Part shown: positions 57,717 through 64,000 of the stretch, piece by piece
Layout: every line of letters starts with the position of its first letter
Numbering within the stretch: position 1 is the first letter of the stretch
NCBI GenBank assembly: GCA_902761035.1
Contig: CACWIW010000015.1
Coordinates: forward strand, 1,586 to 65,585
DNA: 64,000 nt
From: an uncultured bacterium
GTDB taxonomy: Bacteria > Verrucomicrobiota > Kiritimatiellia > RFP12 > UBA1067
Direction: 5' to 3'
Notes under the pieces: generated by a model
What the model saw: only the letters and a program-made list of their open reading frames with translations
What the model was told of the DNA's origin: nothing
Databases searched by the model: none
Made by a program: the position numbers and the translations under genes

Positions 57717-60700
57717 ATGAAGACACGAACCAGCCAAAACGGGGTAGCCGGGCTCATGTTCAGGCTCATCCTCAACATCAAGTCCGCGGCGCTCGCCCTC
57801 GCGGCGCTCGCCCTCGCCGCGCCGTCGGCGTGGGGGGCTGACTACACCTGGAAAGACGGCGCGAGTGGCAATACCAATGTCGGCTCGAACTGGACGGGGG
57901 GAACTGCTCCCACAAGCGGGGTGAACAAGCCGATCTTCAACAATACCGGGACTGCGCTTTCGACGGTGAACAACAACATCACAATGTCGAATAGCACGCG
58001 TTTCGACGATGGGACAGTAAAAAACGGTGTTTTCAGTTTCACAGGCAATTGGTATTTCAAGACCTTCAGCATGGCGGATACGGAAAACAGCCAGGCGACT
58101 GTGACAAAGACCGGTACATGGACTTGCAACAACGGAGGGGGCTCTACATACCAGTTCAGATATGGCATAGGCAAGAACTCCAAAGCATCGTTCACGAACG
58201 TATCTGGCGACATCGGCGATATCGCCACGGGGCGTGCGACCCGCGACATGGATTTTACAGTTGGACATGGCGAAGGTTCCGACGCGGAGTTCATTCTCAA
58301 GGCGGGTACGGTGACGTCCAGCACGGCGCTTGTCCTCGGGTACGGCACATCCTCAAAGGGATTGCTCGTGATGGACGGCGGCGCGATGAACTGCAAGACC
58401 ACGAACGTCGTTGCCCGTGGGACGGGATCAACTGGCATAGCGAGAATCAACGGCGGAACCTTTACCGGCAACAGCAAGCCGTTTTATGTCGCCAAGGGTG
58501 CGAACTCGACCGGCACGGTTGTCGTCAACGGCGGCACGCTCAAAACAGCAGATGTCTTTCTTGGCAACGATACTGGCGCAAATGCCTCTGTCATCGTCAG
58601 CAACGGCACCGTATCGGCGAGCGGACACACCCATATCGGGTACAAGTCAGGCGGCGTGACGACCAACTATTTCGAGGTTGCAGGCGGAGACTTTTCGCAG
58701 ACTGCGGCAAACATGCACTTGTACATCGGAAGCGAGGGCGCGACCGGCACGAAGGCGGAAGTCTGCGCGAAGGGCAACGGCAAGATGAACATCTCGCGTT
58801 CCATAATCCTCGGAAACAAGGTCGGCGGGACGCTGACGGTCAAGGACAACGCGCAGGTCACGCTCGGCACGAAGACAGCCGACGGCCATGTCAACATGTG
58901 CTACGCTTCGACATACAACGGCGACCCCAGCTACCTGAATCTCGACGGCGGTACGCTTACAACAAAGATGGTCACCTACGGCAGCGGTACCTCCGGCAAT
59001 GCGTTTGTGACGTTCAACGGTGGCACGCTCAAGGCCAATCAGGCAACAACGACGTTCATCGCGGACAAACCAAGGCTTTTCGCAAAGGTTGGCGCCAAGG
59101 GTGGCACGATCGACTCGGCTGGCTTCGCCATCACGATTCCGAAGGCGATTGAGAGCGGCGTGAGCGGCGAGACCGACGGCGGCATGACGTTCAAGGGCGG
59201 CGGCACGGTCACGCTTACCGGCGCGAATACCTACACTGGCGTGACGGTGATCGACGCGGGAACGACGATTCAGATGCCGGCGGCGAACAACCTTGCGGGC
59301 AATATCGTCGTCACGAACGCGACGTTTGCCGACTGTCCGATTACGGTTCTCACGCTTACCGGCGCGGGCGCGGACGCAAGCGACATCCTCTCGCGTTGCA
59401 GCCTTGCGGCTGATGCGCCCGATACGGTTGAGCTGACGGTCGACGGCGCGTCGGTGAAGGTTGTCCAGAAGGCATCCGCCCCTGCGACCGCCCGGTTGGT
59501 CTATGATCAGGGCACGGACTCCTGGAACTGGGAGTTCCGCGACACAACGGATGCTGTGATTCCCTCTGTCGATCAAAGTGCGCTTGAAGCGTCTTCCATC
59601 ACCGTACGCTTTGGCTCGACCGACGAACTGGCGGCGATTGGCACAGCCCCGGCGTGGGTCGGCGGCTGGCAGATGACTGCGGCGTTCGATCTCGTCTCCG
59701 CCAGCGCCGCAACCGCGCTTCCGGCTGGATTCACCATCGGGGCGGGAACTGTCATCGACTTGAAGGGCTGCAACTGGACGCTTCCCGACGGGCTGAAGTC
59801 CGCCACGGTCGATTTCACCGTCACGAACAGCGTTGACGCGACGAAGTCCGTGCTGACGGTCGATGTCGCGTCCGGCGCAACGTTCACCGAAACATATCTC
59901 ACGCTTGGCGGCAATCTTGAGCTTCGCAAGACCGGCGAGGGTACGTACGCGATGACGAAGGACCAGCCCCATACGGGCGGCACGGTCGTCACGGATGGCC
60001 CGCTGACCAGGTCTGGCACAGTGACGGTTGGCGTCGTAGCGGGTTCGTCGCAGAGCCTCTCCGTCGAGGGTGGGAGTTTCACTACGTCCAACAGCGGGAA
60101 TCTGGTTGTCGGTGCAAACGGCGTCGGCGAGTTCACCATCACGAACGCCACGGCGACGATGAACAGTCTCTACGTCGGCAACGGCACGGGGTCCGGGACG
60201 ATGAACATCAACGGCGGGACGCTGACGGTCGGCGGCTGGTCCTTCCTTGCCAACAGTGCCACTTCCGGCGGAGCCGTGCTCAACCTGAACGGCGGCACGC
60301 TTGCAACCCGGCGCATAAACGTCGGCACGACGGCGGACTCGCTGATTCTCTTCAACGGCGGCACGCTGTACATCAATGGAGTTACGACCGACGGCTTTAC
60401 CCTCGGCACCTCCGCCGGGGCGACCCCCGAACACCTGACCATCGCCGTCGGCGAAAACGGCGGCACGATCAAGACGACATACGACGATGACAAGGTCAAG
60501 GTCTGCGCCGGCATCGTCAAGGCGGACGGCGTGGAGACGGACGGCGGACTTCGCATCGAGGGCGGCGGCAAGCTGACCGTCACGGGTTCGCTCTCCTACA
60601 CGGGCGGCACGACGGTCGAGATCGGCACGACGCTCGTCATCCCCGACACGTCGCTCGGCGGCGGGCTTTCCGCCACCATTCCTGATACTCAGCCTGACGT

Positions 60701-63700
60701 CGGCACGACGAACATTCTCGTGAAGACGGCGGGCGAGGGCGTGTTCACCGACTCCGACCTTCCCGATGTCACGGCGTTCCCGTACTACAGGGCGATGCTT
60801 TCCGAGGACGCGAAGAGCATCCTGGTTGTGCGCGTCGCCCCGGCGATGTTCGTGACGGGATTCAATCTCGAGACGGGCGAGATAACCTTGGGATTCGAGA
60901 ACATGGACGGCGCGCTTGATGTCGTCGTCGCGTGGGACACGACCGACCATGGTGCGCGCTTTGACAACTGGCCAACCGGTAAGAGCACCGTCCTCACCAA
61001 CGAAGTCGCGGCAGGCACGACGACCGCCACGTTTAAGCTTCCTGCGGCAGTCCTTGGCAATGTCGGCATGTACTACAGGATATTCCTCGGTATTGAGGAT
61101 ACAATCTACGATCAACAAGTTGCATGGATTCAGCCCGCAGCCCTCGGTGCCTACATCAAGACGGACTACAAGCCGACGGCGGGTTCATGGATGGCAGCTA
61201 GAATAAACCTCAATGGCCAGACGTATTCCGCAGAGCCGGACTTCTATCAGGCATCGGGGAACTACCGAATCGGCATAAGTACGGCCGGCACGAGTTTCCA
61301 CGTGTACATGCCTAGCATGGGCAATGCCACTTTTGGCACATTCTCACACAACAATGCCTTGAACATATTGATGCATTACGTGAAAAGCGCCCAGAATGTT
61401 TTCTTTGTCGACGGGAGCGGCAAGGCCCACAATAATTTTAACTGGGCTGGCAACTATTCAGTGTCCGACTCGACAAATCCGCTCTACATCTTCTCGAACT
61501 ACGGCGGCACAAGCCGTTATTCCCGTCCGATGCTCTACAGCATGTCGTGGACGAATTCGTCGAACAAGGTTACTGCAGACTTCATTCCCGTGAAGAAGGG
61601 CAGCGAATACGGCCTGTACGACAAGATTGCCAAGAAACTCTACCTGAACTCCGGCGCGGAGGGAACGTCGTTCACGGGCGGCAGTGCGGTGGATGGCGAT
61701 AATCCGCCGATGTCGTTTGGGGCGGGACAGATGGCTGCTACCGACACCCTGCGGTATTACGGCACGACGGTTCTTGACGAGGAGAACTGCTCGATAACCA
61801 TGAACGGCGCCACGGCGAACATCAACTGGGCACTTGAGCAGCCAGGAGGCGAGTCGGCGGATATTGTGGCCGTGTTCAAGACCGGAAGCGCGGCAGTCAC
61901 GAATGTACTTGCGACGGGGGTTGGTGCAGGTAGTAACGATGTCGCCATAGTTGAGAATGTCTATGCCACAGGACAGATCACGGTCACGCTCTTCGCGAGA
62001 AGCGGTGGAAACAAGTCGGTGGATCTCTCGTGGACATTCCCCGGGACTACTGTGGCGAGCGTGCCGTCCGCGCCGGTGCTTTCCGTCGATGAGACGCTGC
62101 ACCAGATCGCGGCGACAGGCATGGTCTCGTTCGGTAGCGGCACGACGTCCGTAAGGCTTGAATACGGCGCGACTACGTCCTACGGCAAGACGATCGATTT
62201 GACGCTTGATGAGGATGCGTGGAGTGCGACGATCCCCTACGATGACGCGCTTTGGAAAGCTGGCAAGGTCTGTGTGTGTGTGAAGGCGGTCAACGAGATT
62301 GTGGGCATCTTTGGCACTTCCAGACAAGAGCGTACCGCAACGGCAAACGCCTCCTTCACAAAAGCCGAAGCGCGCACGATCACGTTGACCGCGTTCAATC
62401 GCGATAATCCCACGCACCCCACGACGGGTACGGCGACGCTCGCATTCGGCGGTGAAGCGGCCGCGGCGCAGGATCTCGTGATCGCGTGGGGCGACCATGA
62501 CTACGGCGAAAACATCGGATCGTGGCCGCGCGCCAACCGCAAGGTCATCGGTTCCGTCGCGGTGGGTGATTTGTCCGGCACTTACACGCTGCCCCCGGAG
62601 GCATTGGTCTCCGGCACGTACTACCGCTTCTTCCTCGGCGACCGCGCGGTCGCGCCCTACGACGAGGAGGTCGAGTGGCTCCAGCCGGAGGTTAGCGGCG
62701 CATACATCAATACGGGCTATACCCCGGCGAGCACTGACAAGGCCGAGTTCAAGTTCAACATGGACAATCAGGTTTACAGTGACGCTGACTACAGGACAAT
62801 CTTTGCCGCCGGCAGCGGATGGCAGAAAACAATGCATACGGCAGTCAATCGGGACGGATGGATGTCCAACGTCCGTGCTGGTACTATTCGCTTCGCGGCG
62901 AAAGGCAGCAACAACATCGTGACAGGATTTGACAGGTTTACCGATCATGTCGTGAAGATTGTCTATCAAGGCGATGTCGACAAGTTCTTCACGATCGATG
63001 GCAAGACCGGAAACAACATCTACCATGAGTATACAGATGGCAGCGCGACCGTGACAAGCACCTGGAACACCTACAACAACACCTTCTACGGGCCGAATTC
63101 CTCGTTGAAGATCTGGGCGAACGGCAGCAGCACGCCGTCGATGGTGAAACTCTACTACATGAAGTGGATGAACTCGTCGGGCACGGTAATACACGAGTAC
63201 ATCCCCGTCGTAAAGAGTGGCGAATATTGCCTGTACGATATAAATACGGCAAAGGTATTGCACAACGTGGGCGCTGAGGGCACGTCGTTCACGGGCGGTT
63301 CGAGGACGGGCTATTCACCGCTCACCTTCGAGGAGGTGCAGACGGCGGTGTCGAGTGTCAGGATGGTGGGCACGGTTGAGATTACCGAGCGCGACTGGGC
63401 GAGACCGAATGAGAACGTGACCTTGGAATGGTCTGCGTCCAGCGTCGCCACAAAGCTGTGGGTCGCGTATTCAACAGAGCCGATTAGTGCCGCTCCGGGC
63501 GAGTTCGCTGATCCAAGCGCATGGAGCTTCTGCACCAATGTTGCCTCCGTCGCGGCGAACGACACGACCGGCACCTACGCGCTTGGCGATCCGCTCGGCG
63601 ACGGCAACAGGTACAAGACAATGCGCTTCATCCTTTCGAAGGACGGGGATACGCTGGTTCCGCTGCTCGTCTCCGAGCCGTACCGCACGCTGAAGCAGGG

Positions 63701-63722
63701 AAGCGTCATCTACATGAGGTAG
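57717..63722 (+). CDS. Giant beta-helix surface protein B (2,001 aa): signal peptide, autotransporter-associated beta-strand repeats, two beta-sandwich/jelly-roll-like modules, an extra C-terminal domain and the conserved tail
   Basis: ATG 57717 (the ORF opens at 57642). The signal peptide ends ...AAPSAWGA. The motif GGTIDSAGFAITIPKAIESGVSGETDGGMTFKGGGTVTLTGANTYTG is typical of PATR-type repeats. The modules end FIPVKKGSEYGLYDKIAKKLYLN and YIPVVKSGEYCLYDINTAKVLHN. The tail reads LKQGSVIYMR. Confidence 0.9.
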   Translation: MKTRTSQNGVAGLMFRLILNIKSAALALAALALAAPSAWGADYTWKDGASGNTNVGSNWTGGTAPTSGVNKPIFNNTGTALSTVNNNITMSNSTRFDDGTVKNGVFSFTGNWYFKTFSMADTENSQATVTKTGTWTCNNGGGSTYQFRYGIGKNSKASFTNVSGDIGDIATGRATRDMDFTVGHGEGSDAEFILKAGTVTSSTALVLGYGTSSKGLLVMDGGAMNCKTTNVVARGTGSTGIARINGGTFTGNSKPFYVAKGANSTGTVVVNGGTLKTADVFLGNDTGANASVIVSNGTVSASGHTHIGYKSGGVTTNYFEVAGGDFSQTAANMHLYIGSEGATGTKAEVCAKGNGKMNISRSIILGNKVGGTLTVKDNAQVTLGTKTADGHVNMCYASTYNGDPSYLNLDGGTLTTKMVTYGSGTSGNAFVTFNGGTLKANQATTTFIADKPRLFAKVGAKGGTIDSAGFAITIPKAIESGVSGETDGGMTFKGGGTVTLTGANTYTGVTVIDAGTTIQMPAANNLAGNIVVTNATFADCPITVLTLTGAGADASDILSRCSLAADAPDTVELTVDGASVKVVQKASAPATARLVYDQGTDSWNWEFRDTTDAVIPSVDQSALEASSITVRFGSTDELAAIGTAPAWVGGWQMTAAFDLVSASAATALPAGFTIGAGTVIDLKGCNWTLPDGLKSATVDFTVTNSVDATKSVLTVDVASGATFTETYLTLGGNLELRKTGEGTYAMTKDQPHTGGTVVTDGPLTRSGTVTVGVVAGSSQSLSVEGGSFTTSNSGNLVVGANGVGEFTITNATATMNSLYVGNGTGSGTMNINGGTLTVGGWSFLANSATSGGAVLNLNGGTLATRRINVGTTADSLILFNGGTLYINGVTTDGFTLGTSAGATPEHLTIAVGENGGTIKTTYDDDKVKVCAGIVKADGVETDGGLRIEGGGKLTVTGSLSYTGGTTVEIGTTLVIPDTSLGGGLSATIPDTQPDVGTTNILVKTAGEGVFTDSDLPDVTAFPYYRAMLSEDAKSILVVRVAPAMFVTGFNLETGEITLGFENMDGALDVVVAWDTTDHGARFDNWPTGKSTVLTNEVAAGTTTATFKLPAAVLGNVGMYYRIFLGIEDTIYDQQVAWIQPAALGAYIKTDYKPTAGSWMAARINLNGQTYSAEPDFYQASGNYRIGISTAGTSFHVYMPSMGNATFGTFSHNNALNILMHYVKSAQNVFFVDGSGKAHNNFNWAGNYSVSDSTNPLYIFSNYGGTSRYSRPMLYSMSWTNSSNKVTADFIPVKKGSEYGLYDKIAKKLYLNSGAEGTSFTGGSAVDGDNPPMSFGAGQMAATDTLRYYGTTVLDEENCSITMNGATANINWALEQPGGESADIVAVFKTGSAAVTNVLATGVGAGSNDVAIVENVYATGQITVTLFARSGGNKSVDLSWTFPGTTVASVPSAPVLSVDETLHQIAATGMVSFGSGTTSVRLEYGATTSYGKTIDLTLDEDAWSATIPYDDALWKAGKVCVCVKAVNEIVGIFGTSRQERTATANASFTKAEARTITLTAFNRDNPTHPTTGTATLAFGGEAAAAQDLVIAWGDHDYGENIGSWPRANRKVIGSVAVGDLSGTYTLPPEALVSGTYYRFFLGDRAVAPYDEEVEWLQPEVSGAYINTGYTPASTDKAEFKFNMDNQVYSDADYRTIFAAGSGWQKTMHTAVNRDGWMSNVRAGTIRFAAKGSNNIVTGFDRFTDHVVKIVYQGDVDKFFTIDGKTGNNIYHEYTDGSATVTSTWNTYNNTFYGPNSSLKIWANGSSTPSMVKLYYMKWMNSSGTVIHEYIPVVKSGEYCLYDINTAKVLHNVGAEGTSFTGGSRTGYSPLTFEEVQTAVSSVRMVGTVEITERDWARPNENVTLEWSASSVATKLWVAYSTEPISAAPGEFADPSAWSFCTNVASVAANDTTGTYALGDPLGDGNRYKTMRFILSKDGDTLVPLLVSEPYRTLKQGSVIYMR

Positions 63723-63749
63723 GCCGCACGACCGGCTGTAATTGGGGCA

Positions 63750-63887
63750 ATGGATGACTTTGACATAAAGGTCGCAGTTGGCGATTCGGATTTCAATTGG
63801 GCCGAGGCGGAAAGGCTCGCCGCGCTGCCCGACTTTGGCGTCCTGGCAGAGCTGCGGAAACTGCGCGAGGAGGTCGAAAATGGCTGA
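63750..63887 (+). CDS. Hypothetical 45-aa ORF (MDDFDIKVAVGDSDFNWAEAERLAALPDFGVLAELRKLREEVENG)
   Basis: ATG 63750 lies 28 nt after the giant gene's stop. The ORF ends at TGA 63885-63887 and overlaps the next ATG (ATGGCTGA). I recognise no homology. Confidence 0.3.
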   Translation: MDDFDIKVAVGDSDFNWAEAERLAALPDFGVLAELRKLREEVENG

Positions 63888-64000
63888 GGAACGCGTGGTG
63901 CGGCTTTCGTGGGATGCATGGCAGGCCGGGAGAGCGGCGAAGCGGGCCGCGCTCGCGGCGCATGGCCTCTCCGGCGAGTCGCGTCGCTCTTCCGCACGAC
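63880..64000 (+). CDS. Hypothetical ORF, 3'-truncated by the window edge (MAEERVVRLSWDAWQAGRAAKRAALAAHG...)
   Basis: ATG 63880 overlaps the previous stop by 8 nt and the frame stays open to the window end. I recognise no domain. Confidence 0.3.
   Translation, partial: MAEERVVRLSWDAWQAGRAAKRAALAAHGLSGESRRSSAR

Noticed and set aside
63710-63997. A 95-aa minus-strand ORF at the right edge of the window.
   Set aside because: It is Arg/Ser/Pro/Ala-rich antisense to two overlapping plus-strand small ORFs in GC-rich DNA. There is no start context or motif.

Overview
This 64-kb window is a compositionally mosaic, almost entirely plus-strand cell-surface island. The protein types suggest a PVC-group diderm (Lentisphaerota, Kiritimatiellota or Verrucomicrobiota-like): autotransporter-associated beta-strand-repeat giants, BspA-type LRR proteins and Listeria-Bacteroides-repeat proteins. 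The taxon cannot be proven from the sequence alone. Layout: (i) 1-7.9 kb holds three secreted modular surface proteins, including a C10 (streptopain-family) cysteine protease. (ii) 8.0-41.1 kb is a ~33-kb ABC-transporter-dependent glycan assembly locus. It contains Wzm/Wzt-like exporter genes, about ten GT2 and two GT4 domains, two pyruvyltransferase domains, a TagF-like phosphotransferase, an Und-P-sugar modification module (ArnC/GtrB-like, ArnE-like, two polytopic membrane proteins), an ATP-grasp enzyme, SDRs and two DegT-family aminotransferases including a WecE-type enzyme. (iii) 41.15-41.30 kb is an AT-rich cluster of five copies of a 13-mer that contains a DnaA-box-like core. (iv) 41.3-47.1 kb carries MscS, an acyl-CoA ligase with a TM tail, a secreted FAD oxidoreductase and an ATPase/PD-(D/E)XK protein. 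(v) 47.4-63.7 kb carries two mosaic paralogous ~1,800-2,000-aa beta-helix surface proteins (one split by an 88-nt deletion), a second C10 protease and a second ATPase/nuclease-fold gene. I recognised no rRNA, tRNA, CRISPR array, transposase or integrase. The leading novelty candidates are: a 1,536-aa enzyme (GT2 / FrhB-like Fe-S / pyruvyltransferase) ending in 19 perfectly phased 84-bp repeats, which would form a ~530-residue helical stalk and may act as an expandable molecular ruler; a 2,041-aa five-domain enzyme embedding a MenD-like ThDP domain; a short C-terminal tail shared by the three large secreted proteins; and TGnTATAAT-N6/7-ATG leaderless promoter geometry at three sub-operon starts.
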